Assembly (NCBI RefSeq): GCF_037042905.1 | Contig: NC_087245.1 | Span: forward strand, 12,650,001-12,714,000 | Direction: 5' to 3' | Length of the DNA stretch: 64,000 nt | Origin: Lytechinus pictus | Taxonomy: Eukaryota | Program-made: the position numbers and the translations under genes | Notes under the pieces: model-generated | Databases searched by the model: none | The model's input: the letters and a program-made list of their open reading frames with translations, nothing else | Told to the model about the DNA's origin: nothing | Part shown: one piece after another, positions 50,321 through 64,000 of the stretch | Layout: every line of letters starts with the position of its first letter | How positions within the stretch are numbered: the stretch's first letter is position 1

Positions 50321-53300
50321 TGTAGGGTTGAAGAAAATTATATGTTTGGAGTTGAAAATAAATGAAGTTCTAAATCATCAAACTGAAGGGGAATGAAGCA
50401 GACGCAAAATGAAGATAACTTAAACCTAAGGAGTCTGGTTGTACACTGTTTAATATCTGGGCTATAGTGCCTCAGCTTAACTTTGGATCACAGTATAATT
50501 TACATAAATATTTAAATTAGAAATAACAACCAATCAAACTAAAGAAAATGGAAGGATCGAACTAAAATGTAAGAACCCAATTCATAAGATAAACCAATAA
50601 GAAATGAGATGAGATGACAAAGATGTCTGGTGATTATGTAATAATGGAAGTAGAAACTAAGGAGTCAGGTGAGGGATGGAATGAGTGGAACACCTGAAGA
50701 GAGAATAGAGAAGGAATGAAGATGACAAGAGAAACACAGTAGAATGAATGAATGACAACTGAATATCATTAAACTCAAATAACCTAAGTCCAGACTGCAA
50801 GGGCAGTACTGAAAAGAAATGCAAATGAACTAGTCTAGACAGAACAGAAATGTAAAACACCTGAAGAAAACACAAGTCAAAGGAAATAAACAAAATAGGT
50901 AAATGACAAATTAACAATCCTACATAAACTTTCTCCTTCCAAAAAAATTGTCCTCAATTTTCAAAAAAGTAAAGAACTAAAATATAAAATGAAGCTGCAA
51001 AACCAGAATTTGACAAGTTGAACATCTAACATCATTCACATAAAAGTATTTAAAAAGAAGTAACGTAACCATGACATAATTCAATATTTACAATAAATGT
51101 GAAGACCATGGTAGGATGGAAAAATTTGAGAAAAAAAATATTTTATCAGAATTTTGAACTTTTCCTTTTTGGCATCATATGAGTAACTTCAATGGAAAAT
51201 GAACATGCAAATAATTTCAATGTATATCTTATACTTGCATGCCATGAAATGAAATACCGTATCAAAAGAAAAAAAAAAAAAAGAATTGAAAATTTTTGTC
51301 TTGATTTCGGAAAAGAAAATTTTTTTTATTATCTTAATATATATATATATATTTTTCAAGTTATTAAAGATTTCTGTTTTTGTTAAAATTATGCATGTCT
51401 TGCCAACTGGAAAAATGTATCTCCTGGACTTACAAAAAAAAAAAAACTTATATGAGAGCACCACTAGACAAATAGATAAAAACAATTATGGTAGCTCAAA
51501 GGAATATTGAACATTGAAAAGTGCGAGACAAAATACTACTGAACTTTACAAAAATTAAACATATGATGTTCAGCAAATAACATAATTACCAGAAATTATG
51601 AAAAATCAAACATTTGAATTCATATAAAGCCATATTTTCTGAAATAATATGACAAAGTATATCTGTGAAAATCTTGGACTTTACTTTAAAAAAGACATTA
51701 AACTAGGGGTATCAAATATCTAGGAATTTTAACTGAATATTGGAAAAAGAAATTACTGAGTTATACAAATAAAAAACTTATTTTGTATAATTTGTAAAAT
51801 TACAATGATGAAACTTCAATAGTAAAAAAATAAGAAATGATTTAAATTGAACATTGAACTAAGTCTGACTTTGTGCAATATCATTGATAAAACTTTAATA
51901 AATATACAGTGATTAAAATTGAAATAGTTTTGAGCATTAAGGTATACAAATGAAACATTTCAAACATTTAGTTTGTCATAATCTCCTTTAGTTTTACAAT
52001 TTCATATATTGCACTTAGTTCACATTATTTTCAGATTTAGAGATTTGTTAGTGTTCTCACCATCAGGGAAATAAATTGTCCAAAAGTTCCAAATAAAGTT
52101 TGAGTTTGAGAGAAGAATGTAGTCTGGTGGTAAAATGGAGACATCAAGTTCAAGTTGTTGAATATCGGACCTTCTTAGGGGGCGAAAAGTACACTGTATG
52201 CATGAAGACCAGGGGAACAGCATCATCCATTCATGGGCTGGAGCAACTGAAGAGCAAAAGGTGGTGGCTGGCTTCGAAGATCAAAGCAGAGCGTCATCAA
52301 CTCTAGATGCGTAGGCGACAGAGTAACAGGCGAGAGGCTGGAAGGTGTCATGCATCGAGCGAAGATAAAGTGAGAAAGCAACATGAAGACCAAAAGGCAG
52401 CATCATTCACTCGACGAAGAAAAGCAAGGCGAGAGGCTGAAGGCATCATGAGGCAAAGGTGGGAGACTGTTGAGCCGAAGAGACTGAATGAAGAAAATAG
52501 GCAGCGACATCATCCACTCCATGTAATCGGGCAATGGTTGTAGTTAAAGGCGAGAGGCTGACTCGCAGGCAGAACTTTCATCTACTCACGTTGAGAAAAA
52601 GGCGAAGGTTGGCCGGTAATCAGGCAGAACATTTATCCACTCACTAGAGCAATAGGCGAAGATCCGAGCTGGTACTCAGGCAAGGCTTTCATCCACTCAC
52701 GTATAGAGCTAAAGGCGAAGACTGGCTGGTAGTAGCATCATCCTACTAGACAAGCCACAGCATTGACGTTGAAGTTACAGGTGATCTGCTGGTTAGCATC
52801 AATCGGGCAAGAGGTAACGGCTGAACAGAAGTGTGAAGGGCTAAATGTTTCTCCAACAGGAACATGATGACGATAAAGTTGACGAAATATGATTGAAAGT
52901 TTGTGGCGAACAGATAAGCGAGGCATAAGGTTCGAAACACCGCTGCTACCAGTTGTAAGGTTGAAGAAAATTATAGCGTGATGGTGTCGAACCACCGCTG
53001 CCACCAGTTGTAGGGTTGAAGAAAATTATATGTTTGGAGTTGAAAATAAATGAAGTTCTAAATCATCAAACTGAAGGGGAATGAAGCAGACGCAAAATGA
53101 AGATAACTTAAACCTAAGGAGTCTGGTTGTACACTGTTTAATATCTGGGCTATAGTGCCTCAGCTTAACTTTGGATCACAGTATAATTTACATAAATATT
53201 TAAATTAGAAATAACAACCAATCAAACTAAAGAAAATGGAAGGATCGAACTAAAATGTAAGAACCCAATTCATAAGATAAACCAATAAGAAATGAGATGA

Positions 53301-53614
53301 GATGACAAAGATGTCTGGTGATTATGTAATAATGGAAGTAGAAACTAAGGAGTCAGGTGAGGGATGGAATGAGTGGAACACCTGAAGAGAGAATAGAGAA
53401 GGAATGAAGATGACAAGAGAAACACAGTAAAATGAATGAATGACAACTGAATATCATTAAACTCAAATAACCTAAGTCCAGACTGCAAGGGCAGTACTGA
53501 AAAGAAATGCAAATGAACTAAAGTCTAGACAGAACAGAAATGTAAAACACCTGAAGAAAACACAAGTCAAAGGAAATAAACAAAATAGGTAAATGACAAA
53601 TTAACAATCCTACA
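50321..53614 (-). mobile_element. Non-autonomous LTR retrotransposon (Gypsy-like by 4-bp TSD)
   Basis: LTRs 50321-50924 and 53009-53614 (TG..CA), TSD atat, PBS TGGTGGCAGCGGTGG (tRNA-Leu) at 52992-53006, PPT ggaaggagaaag at about 50929-50940. No gag/pol ORF. Confidence 0.93.
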
Positions 53615-54126
53615 ATATATTTGTCCATGATCTTTCAGATCGGCCATACACATTTGAGTCAAACTTTGGCTAATTATTTTGGCCATCGGATTTTATGATA
53701 TTTTTTTTTTCGAAAATGGTTTAAATATATATTTTTTAAGTTTAAATGAACATGATGATAATGATTGATGACTATGGTAGTAATGTACTTGCGCAATAAA
53801 TAAAGATGCGCCCCTTAGTAACCAACTCAAGCCAAAACAGCTGCACTTCTTTCCTTTTGAAAAAAAAGGAGAAAACTAGCTATAACAAAATAAACTATTT
53901 TCTTCTCTCCCTTTTTCAACATTTCATTCAAATTATCTGATAGGAGGGGGAGAGATTAAAAAACGATAGACCCAGCCACAGTGCTATCCTTTGGTAATGA
54001 TAATGATAGAAATATACCTTGCTAGTATATTACACATTTCTCCCCTCCCCCCCCCCCCCCAAATACAAGTTGCACAAATATTACGCGTCGCGTCTGATTG
54101 TAAGACCAGCCAGACCGACATGCAAT

Positions 54127-54389
54127 ATGGAGGCGTTTGGAGGTGCTGCTACTGCTGCAGCTATGGGTGAAGAGGTTCAGAAAAATCCATTGGATGTGGA
54201 AATTAAAGAGGAAGAAAATCCCGATGATGCAGTTCAAGGGAATTCTTGTCAGCTGGAAGATGTAGAAATTGAATGTACAAGTATTTCACTTGAAGAAGAG
54301 TTCGAGAAATGGGCAAATTTGAAGAGTTTCCTGGGCATTTCTGGCATCAAAAGCGACGCCCGGCTGGCAGGGTTCCTCATGAATTTTTG
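54127..54389 (+). CDS. Probable first coding exon of a nuclear protein with a ZNF692/ZFP91/ZNF653-like N-terminal helical motif; remaining exons not found in this window
   Basis: aatATGG Kozak context and an acidic IKEE-containing leader. It then reads ISLEEEFEKWANLKSFLGISGIKSDARLAGFLMNF, resembling the IxLxxxFExWxxLKxxLGxKSDAxLAxFLL motif. Donor TG|gtaaat. Confidence 0.6.
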
Positions 54390-54564
54390 GTAAATAACGT
54401 AGTTATCGTGGTCCCATCTATGAATAAATGTGTATTGCAGTGGAATATGTGCATGGGGGGGGGGGGGGGGGGGGGGGCAGGGGTGGTAAGATGTATGACC
54501 AACTATGACTATGACTATGAGGAGCGAGTCTAGCTGTAACTGTTACTTTGTTAAATGTCAAGTC

Positions 54565-56865
54565 TAGGCCTGACTTGAAACAGATATTTCAATATTCGGA
54601 TACCCGACACTGAAAACCGGACGGTGGACGGGTATCCGAAATTTTACCCTGAAATATAAAAATAATAAATTAATAATAGGCCCTAGGGCCTATTCATTTG
54701 CACTTATTTGAGTTATATTTAAGATTTTCAGTTATATTTGAGTTTTGAACCTATCCGATGATGGCGAGAGTCAGCGTGCGCTAATTAAAATATTTCTGAA
54801 AACCACGAATATGAGAAGCTGAATATTTTGGGTTGAATCTGTTTTGCAATCGGATTTGACTATGTGATAGCGTGAGGCTACGGCTACAAATGTATGACTG
54901 TGTAAGCTATTAGTAAATGACTATTATTTGAGTTATACAAGTCGGGCCTAGTTACGATCCCATTTAATGGTTGCGAGAGTTTGTGTGTTTATTTTTTAGT
55001 TCCGATCGAATGAAATAAGATGCAATGAATTCGACCGAGGCGAGTGTAAGTGGGAGTCTAATTACTAAAAGTCTAAAACCAGACGGGCCTACATCATTCA
55101 GCTCACGCATGTGCTGTCCTGTCTGGAGTGAATCGTCCGATATATATTTGGTCACATTACACTCGCTACACCTTCAAATGGGATCGTACTTGGAATATTT
55201 TCATTTTCATGTCGGGTTTCTACTTTCTCCCCATTCCCCAAATTATAGCCAAGCTTCTCATTTCTCAACTTCTGAAACATAATCACACTTCTAACAAAGA
55301 TTCAAGACAAGATTTAATCACAGTAACTAATCACTTACATTCATAGGCCTAAGTTTTACTGCAAAACACGTTGATTCACAACCGACCACATACTCAGCGG
55401 GCGCACACCATAAACCTTTCTGGCACGATACCGCCTTTTAAGTATTGTTGTTTACGTGATGATGGATATCAAAATTTATAGTGGATATGCCATTTAAACT
55501 GAAATAAAGGAAAATGTGTGTTTTGTAATTTATATATTAAATATTAATTCATGAAAGAGATTTTCAATTGACAATTATCATTCTTTCATAATTCAATAAT
55601 TCTACCATAATAAAATATGAAGTTTTGATCCTGATTTAAGTTTCTACGAACAAGTTATCAAAATATAAACATACGTGAACAATTTAAAATTTGCAATAAC
55701 ACAATTATACAATTGACATCTAGATAATGGACAGTTTCATTCTAATTAATCATTATTAATGACAGTTCAAGAAAGAAAATAGATGATTCATTATTTCGGA
55801 TTTGATAAATAAATCAAAAGAAACAAAATAAAACGGCCAATCAACATGTATTTGACGTTTACATGGTTTCAAAATTATCTTCATTCTTCATATCGAAAGT
55901 TGATGTGAGAAAAAAGTACTGAAAATGAATATTTCGTTACGCATTTCAATTTAAATAAATTACAAAAAACAACATGACACGCAGCCAACATTCATTCGAC
56001 GTTTTCATAGTTTCAAAAATAATCATCTTCATTTGTAATGAAAGTTGCCGCGAGAAAAAGTAGAATTCATTTTGTATTTGATTAATAAATCACAAAAACA
56101 ACATGACACACGCAATCAACATTTATTCGACGTTTTCAACTTTTCATAGTTTCAAAAATGATCATCTTCATTTGTAACCAAAGTTGCTGTGAGAAAAGTA
56201 GAATTCATTTTGCATTTGATGAATAAATTATAAGAAACAACATTCATTCAACGTTTTCAACTTTTCATAGTTTCAAAAATAATCATCTTCATTGGTAACC
56301 AAAGTTGCTGTGAGAAAAAGTAGAATTCATTTTGCATTTGATGAATAAATTACAAGAAACAATATGACACACCCGAGTAACCCGATCAACATTTATTTGA
56401 CTCTTAAATGGTTTCACTTTCAAATTATCTTCATTCATCACTCGCATTGAAAGTCGAGCTAAGAAAATATACGATGAGTTACGCATTAGAAATCATCAAA
56501 ACATAAGACGGGAAAGAAAAACGATCTTAAGCGACACCATAGTAAAATCGCCATCGTTGTCAGAACGGAACTTTGCTCCATTCACGGACGGTCATGCTCC
56601 AAAACTGATATAAGGTCATGTTTCAAAACTGATATAAAAACAATGGTTTTCGGCGGGAATATATTATCGAAGAAGATTAATTGATATTGGTGATTATGTT
56701 GGCGACTAAAACTTATAAATTTTATTGGTGAGTCTTACTAAACTTAATGAGTTTTTGTGACAGGACAGTGGTGAATGTCCACGGATACCCGAACCCGAAA
56801 AATGAAAACCGTTATCCGTCCACGCGGGGGGAAACCGTTCGGATATCCGTTTGGTGGCAGCACTA
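54565..56865. mobile_element. Non-autonomous hAT-like element (2.3 kb)
   Basis: TAG..CTA termini, perfect 8-bp TSD gtcaagtc (54557-54564, 56866-56873), subterminal ggatacccg motifs, and internal tandem repeats of about 130 bp at 55830-56460. Confidence 0.85.
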
Positions 56866-57006
56866 GTCAAGTCTACCTTAAATCAATAGAGAAAAATCAG
56901 ACAAGAATAATGCTGAAAATTTCATCAAAATCGGATGTAAACATGAAAAACTAAAATAAGAAAGTTGGGACATTTTAATTTAAGTTTTGCTTCTTGTTTA
57001 CAAAAT

Positions 57007-58004
57007 AGAGTAGAGTGTCCAAATATCAGTCACTTATAAGCATAATTGGACCAAAACAAAAATACAATCATCGAATCAAATAAAAATCATGTTTATTTCT
57101 GTAGTACAAATGTTGAATAGAATGGAAAAAATTATGGTAAACAGAAATTATTTACTTACTACCAGAAGCTTGATTTTTGCCCAAAATCGGATGCAGTTTC
57201 CAAATATCGGACGTTTGGAGTTGTGCGCCACAATTAATTTCGGCGATATAAATCGAGCTCTAGACCCCCAAATAATTGCTTAATTGTCCATAAAATAATT
57301 TATTTTAGCTACACAAATGCAGATTTTAATTATTACTATCAATAATTTTGATGTAGAAATCGGTTAATAACATACCTTGTTGTGGGCGTAAAGTTTTACT
57401 TACAAAACTTGTTTGCCCCAATAATGATAATTTACTTACCAAACAGACCTCTTTCGGCTCCGAACATCGGACGTCTTCGCTCAGTTGCGCGCGACTTCAT
57501 TTTGAAAAACGAGCATGTGCGAGTCAACAGCACGCATTTCAAATTCAATTGGCCGATATGTCCGATGTTTGGGATCGTGCCATATTTGGAAGGGTGTAGA
57601 ATTTCCCGCCGTAAGGAACCCCCGCAGAGGCCATTGCAGATTTTTTGTGGTAGATGGAACATGTGCAATCTAGGCAGCGATATTTCCGGCGGAAATCACT
57701 TCCCCCTTACAAGATTTTTTTTGGTCATCGATCTTTTGGAGTCTATAATTAGTGAGGGTCATAAGAATTTCTGGAAGTCAAAATCATGCATAGATTTTAC
57801 CCTCGGATTTAACCCCTGGAATATTTTTTTGAGCAGCAACTTGGATCTACTGTGTGTGCAGTTCAATAGCAGACCTATGTTCATGTATCTTATGTATGCA
57901 AGTCCCCTGCCAGTGCGGGTTCCTGTACATGTAGTTATGGGGAGGGAGTTGAAGCCATTTTCGTCAGATATTTGGAACCGTCCGATGTTTGGCACCTTTA
58001 CTCT
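57007..58004. mobile_element. TIR element inserted in a Kolobok-like MITE
   Basis: agagtagagtgtccaaa / tttggcacctttactct with repeated aacatcggac/gtccgatgtt motifs. The flanks rejoin as the 12073-type MITE. Confidence 0.65.
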
Positions 58005-58644
58005 TTATGCACAATTTAGTCACATGCAAATGAGAGAATCGATGGTGTCCCCCACTCACTATTTCTTTTGTGTTTTATTGTTTGAATTATGCAATATTTC
58101 AATTTTTACAGATTTGACAATCAGGATCAACTTGACTGAACCATATAATGTTAAGCAATGGTAGCCCCACATGTTCATGGAGAAATAAACCTTTGTTTCA
58201 CAGGACAATGAAAAGAAAATTAGAATATTTCATATAATAAAAATACAAAAGAAATAGTGAGTGAGTGATGTCATCAGTTTTCTCATTTGCAGTTTTAAAA
58301 CACTGCATAACAACTGTAGACTTGTGTGTTGTAAATTTGCATGGATGTGATTTTAGATTTTTTTTACTTTGATTTATTTCTTAAGTGGTGTTTTATTTTC
58401 TTCTTACTAACTACAATGCGTTCTCAACACCATTCTTTTTCTTCTCTTTCTCTTTACCCCAATTATTCTCCCCTTCTCTATCGCTTTGTCATGTTCCTTT
58501 CCTCCTTGTTCAATTACATGTAATTGTGCACATCAAAAGTCCATGCGCATGCGTACTTTCTTCCGAAGACGTAAACAAACATATCTGAGTGTTGTGCTCT
58601 TTTTTTGGACAGGGAAAGAAACACTATTTAAAATAAGCTCAAAT

Positions 58645-59420
58645 TAGGGCTGGGACTAAAACCCGGGTCCCGCCCGGAAGCCTCAGGTACCTGGGTAGAA
58701 AAATCAATACCCGATACCCGAAAATTGCTTACCAGTATAACGTACAGGTATTTGATTTGTATTGCATAGTGTAAGACGTGATAAATATACAAGTTTTTCA
58801 TGTGATGATGTGACTGAGATCGTTCAATCGTCACCATGTTTCTTTTACAGCTTGAGCATACGAAGCGCCAGCCAATCACGTTCGTGTTACTATTTTCAGT
58901 TCATTATAAACCGAAATGGTAACACTATTGTGATTGGCTGGCGCATTCGACACTCCGAAACCCGGAAATCAATTGACTTTGTGCAGGTAGCAATAGATTC
59001 TACAAACTCATGAACACGATGTAATATCGACGCTACTTCTTAAGATTTTGACGGAAAAGCAAGAAGTAATCAAAATTTGCTTACCTGTGTGGTATCAGTG
59101 AGAAAAAAGATCCTCCCGAGAATACCTTTCATAATTCATTTAAATATAGGAAAGTGGAATTCTAGGTCGATTTTTGTACAAGGTGACAGAGTATTGCAGA
59201 CTTGTTTCGATGGAATACTGCGTGGGGCATGCACGAGAGGCTTGCACTGCGCATGCTTACTATATTTTTATTCATAAATTGGCTTGCGTCACAGTGGCTG
59301 GATGACATCACCTATGGGGTTTTTCCACCAGTCATATTTCATGCGACATGATTTTCGGGTACCCGCCCGAAAATTACCACGGGTACCCGAAGACAAAAAT
59401 ACCCGAAAGTCCCAGGCCTA
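58645..59420. mobile_element. hAT-like MITE
   Basis: tagggctgggact / agtcccaggccta, subterminal acccg/cgggt motifs, and degenerate TSD gctcaaat / gctcaagt. Confidence 0.75.
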
Positions 59421-62315
59421 ACCTAGCTCAAGTACATGTACATTTAATAGTACAAATGAAATGGAAGTGTTGCACAAGCATAATATTTTACAAATAGACT
59501 GTAAATTCTGACATACTCTTGATCGAGGTACACATGAAAGCAGGTGAAACTTTGCGCTTCATAAAGATGAAGAAAAGTACTTTAAACAGTAAGATAATCA
59601 GCTGGCAAACCTTAACCCTATCAATCCCAGGCGACCTTCATGGCCCCCTCAAAAATTTCTATGATAAATCCATAAGCACTACAGGGCCACGCCATATTGT
59701 TCCAAGACTATTTTTGGGATGCATGCATGGGTAACAAGTGCATGTCAGACCTCGAATTGCCCTGGGCTTTCAGGGATAATTTGTCCTTTTTTTTTTAATG
59801 ATTAGAAAATTATTGCCAATAATTTCCATTAAAATTTCCATTGGAAAGCAATAAAAACACACACACAAAAAGTTTAAAAATCTGTATAGTAGTGGATCAT
59901 ATTACAGAACACTTTTCATGAATTCAATCATATCAAACACATTAAAAAACTTTCACCATAAATACACAATTACCTACAAAATATATATGTAAAATTTTGC
60001 TGAATTCGTTTTTCTTTTTTACAATATTAGCTTCCACTTGAACCCCTCTTCGCATGTGAAATATTTTGGTCACTTGAAAAAGGTATCGAATTACCGAACG
60101 TGTGTTTTCTATGGGAAAAGTTGAGAAAACAGCAAAATCACTGATGAGCTATTTTGACAATATTTTATTATTTTTAGAATATTAAGACTTTGAAAATGTG
60201 TTTTTGACCATTTTTCATCATCTTTCTATACAAGTTCCCTTTGGAAGAATGTTGCAAAGTTTTGAGTATATGAAATTATTTTCTGACGCATACGATGCGC
60301 ACGTTCGATATTACAAGGCCGGTCAGTAATGCAATCACTCACCATAAGATATATAAAAAAGTGAGAAAAAAAACATTAAAAAACATTTTATACTGATTTT
60401 TTTTCTAATATGCATTTGATCAGAATTCCTCAATTAAAAAAATAAGCAGTTCATAAGCTTTATTTAAAGATTTAAACCCAAATTTATATTTCTTGCACCA
60501 AAATTGGCATAGTTGATTAAAATGAAATAAAGCATACATGTATGTTGTTTTACTGTACATAAAGAAATTAAGCTGTGAAACCCTATAGATTATGTCAATA
60601 TCTTCCATTGTGCAAATTCTTCTCACCCCCTAGATTGTCAAGACTTAAACTACCCTGGGACACATGTATATGTACATGTATGAGGAATAAATTTAATATA
60701 AAATTTCAACTTTAGTGGGTTTTTTTTTAGGCATTCAATTTCTATGATTTAGTAATTTTGGGGGAAATATGAATTTTTCTGTTGGAAATTCAGTAAAAAA
60801 GTTTTAGTAATCTCTTACTTACTCCAAAAATGTATTCAAAACATCAAGAGCTTAAGTCATACTGTATTAAGTGTATAGTTTAATTGATTTACACAAAATT
60901 CGTTGGAAAAAAACGTATTAAAACAATTTAAAACATTTTAAAACAATAAAAAACGTTTTATTTGTCTTTTTGAATAAAAATCATTTTTTTATTACAACCC
61001 TGATGATGGTGGTGGTCTCCAACTGCGCTCTTAACAATTTGAGTTAAGATTTAACATGAAATTCTTTTTATTTCACAAAATCATTCAGTTAATAATGTTC
61101 CTTATATTATTATGAGTAAGTGTACCAAATATCTCATAAAAAATTGAAAGAAATATAGAATTTTCTTGGAAAAAACCCTCGGGCAGTCATTTAGATTGAA
61201 AAAAAAAATGGTACCCCATGTACCATGTACTTTGCACGCGATTTGGGTATTTTGATGAAAAGGCTGCGTTTTGAGGCCGTCACATGAAATGCCCCAAATT
61301 CATTACTTTTCCACCATTTTGAGTCAGATTTTTTGATGAATATCCCTCTATGTATTGCATGTGTAAAGTCTTGTGTTTGTTGCGTATCTTCTTTTACTAG
61401 ACTCGTGCAGATACGTGTGTGTGCAGACAAGGGGGACTGCGCAGACTTGGGGGAACTTGCCATATAGAATTAGAGTCTAAACAAATGGGAAAGTTAAATT
61501 TGAAGATTGAGAAAAAGAAAAGGAAACAAAGGAAAAAATGAAATGAAAAGAAAGAAGGAAAGAAAAATAATGAGTTAGCGGTCTTAGTCAAACATGACTG
61601 GTGGCCTTTATATCCAACAAACAACAATGATTGTTAGATTAATAATTCTAAAACGAGAGTGTTTTTGTGTGTCCGGACAATCGATTTTGAACAGTCATCT
61701 GGAAAAGCTAACAAGCAAAGTTTCATCAGTTTGATAGTACAAAATATTAAGCAATATTATAGAGAACAAAATTAAAGAAGATTAATACTAGGAGCTATTG
61801 CATTCATATTTTTTGTGTAATCCAAAGACAAAAAAGAAAGCTTCGAAATTTAAAGTGTCTGAACACCCCCCCCCCCCCCATCGTACAATGTTAACTCAGT
61901 CTCAGAGCTCCACCACGTGCTGCGCCACTGAAAATAATGAGTGATTGTATTACTAGTAACTTAGATATATACCACAAGGCTCCACATGAACATTTTTGAT
62001 GATGGCCCATTCGGGCCACCAAAACCTTCATATTATATTTTTTTGAGGCCCGATATTAAAGTTTGATGGCCCCAAAAAAAGTGAAAAAACAAAGAAAAAT
62101 ATTAAAAATGAACAACACAAACTTCTAAAATATTAATTCTGCAGCCAACACGACCACCAAGTTATTTTCACTATTTACATCTTGTTTGTAAACCTTGCTG
62201 CTGTTATTATATTGTGCAAATAGATTTGTGGTAAAATATAAATTGTTCTATATGAAATGATTGAAAGAGAATAAATAAATTGTATTATTCCCAGGTTTTT
62301 TCTTTGATCTACATA

Positions 62316-64000
62316 CAGCGCGTCCCAAATAAAATGTCCCTCTGACATGGGGCTGAATTAATTCTAAAATATGGTAGTATTCACAAATAAATGTTCATGA
62401 GTAGAAAGCTCACTTCATGATCTAGCTTCTATGAAAATTTCATTGGTCGCGCTTCAGCGGTTTTGAATACACACTCTGTTACATAACAGTGGTGCATTTT
62501 AGCCCATTCCAAGTTTGCAGCATTAGGTGGTTTCAAACCGCCTTGATCACAAGAATCCCTGTCAAATTACGAGAACATTTACATGCTCAAAAATACCAGA
62601 TAATTATTAACGCATTCAGACCGCCCCGAAACACACTCTTTGGGGAAATTTCTTGAAGTTATGAGCATGCACAGTACTGTCTGGTAGCAGACGAAGAAGC
62701 ACGCGCTTTTAGCGGTATGATCAGGGGACGGCCGGGCGGGAAATCCGCCTGCGGCCGGCGTAGCTCTAGCACGTACTAACATGACCAACTATACTCGATC
62801 GTATGCGCAAATCATTTGTTCCCTTGATCATCTGCAATTGCACTAGATTTCTCTCCACATTGAAATCAAGGCCTTGGTGGCCTCCTCACTCCAGTGCGAT
62901 GTCATCTGGTATGAAAATGTAGAATACTGGTAAATATCACCCTTAATTCGTAAAAATATTTTTTTAAGAAGAAGAATCAACCGTCTAGTCAAAGTCGAAC
63001 CCCGGGTCACGTCGCATGAAAAGTGTACGTATGTTTATCGCTGCATATGCACTGGCGCTGGCTTGCTGGTAGGCCTCGCATATCGAACAGCGCGCACGGG
63101 CTATGAACAATTCACTTATCGCGGTGATCGATGGGATGCAAGTTCCCGTAGTTTGCTTTCAGATCGCCAAAATACTCACGGAAAAATCCCCATGAAAGTT
63201 CTCGTAATTTCGCCAAGTACCTACTATCTAGCGGGTATTTTCTTTCGGGGATATTACGCGTAGTTTGCTTTCACATTACCAAAATACCTGGTATTTTCTG
63301 ATCGGGGTAAATTTCCAGATCAGAGAATACCTGGAACTGACGAACTTCGAGGCGGTCTGAAACCACCTATTGATGCATTTCTGCATTGTCTTTGGCATAT
63401 TACCCCCATTTTTACATCCAGGATCTGAGCAGGGACACTTCCCTAATCATATCCAGGCTCATCAAAACATAAACTTGGGCATGTTCAGAAGGACAAGAAA
63501 CATAAAAAATAAGCTAGTTTGATGATTGATAAGGGGAATCAGTGCAACAACTTGGAAAGAAAATGTGAATGACGAATGAGTAAAATTTTACTTTTTTTTC
63601 GTTTAAAAAGTTACATTGAATCAACTTGACCACAGTAGCTTATAAAGTAAAAATAAGTAATGAAAACAAAAATGCAGTATTAGGCATGAATTAGGCATGA
63701 AACAGACATGACCCGTCGTCTTAATCATTGTGCATCTCCTGTTATCAAACATGAAATGAACTGTCAAATATTGTATTTTGCCCTTCTGAACATGCTCAAG
63801 GTTGTGATTTGATGAGCCTGGTTAGATGATGGAGATTTCCCTGGTCAGATCAGGGAATTCCTTGGTCAGAATGGTCAAAGGGGGTTGATATGCTCAAAAG
63901 TGCAGAACACACAGCAGTGCTGCATGCACGCAAACTTGGAATGGGCTGAAAAGCACCACTGTTACATAAAAGACTGTATTCAAAACCACTGAAGCGAGAC
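62316..64000. mobile_element. Tc1/mariner-like long-TIR MITE running off the window end
   Basis: ta|cagcgcgtccc start. 62445-62520 is mirrored by 63929-64000 (ttagcccattccaagtttgc / gcaaacttggaatgggctgaa). Confidence 0.7.
62524..63369. mobile_element. PIF/Harbinger-like MITE nested in the previous element
   Basis: TIRs taggtggtttcaaaccgcct / aggcggtctgaaaccaccta. Confidence 0.75.

Noticed and set aside
57382..58164. Longest ORF in the track (260 aa)
   Set aside because: It spans the junction of two repeat elements, has no recognisable domain and starts at a non-ATG codon.

Overview
AT-rich, intron-containing animal genomic DNA. The repeat repertoire suggests an invertebrate deuterostome such as a sea urchin, which is an inference. 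Two convergent housekeeping genes can be reconstructed exon by exon. Guanylate kinase (GUK1, + strand, 10747-22377) has two tandem, homologous alternative last coding exons. Mitochondrial elongation factor Ts (TSFM, - strand, 28930-35213) has a possible first exon at 38065-38089. A probable first coding exon of a third gene (54127-54389) carries a ZNF692/ZFP91/ZNF653-type N-terminal motif. Most of the rest is non-autonomous transposable elements, many with readable TIRs and TSDs. These include a 10.4-kb hAT-type element with nested insertions, TA..TA elements with 9-bp TSDs (AcademH-like) stacked at one target, a young non-coding LTR retroelement with a duplicated tRNA-Leu PBS, Helentron-type HINEs, Kolobok-like and other MITEs, tRNA-derived SINEs (one DeuSINE-like) and a CR1 fragment. 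No prokaryotic-type system, CRISPR array or intact transposase was found. TE superfamily labels come from termini and TSD length only.
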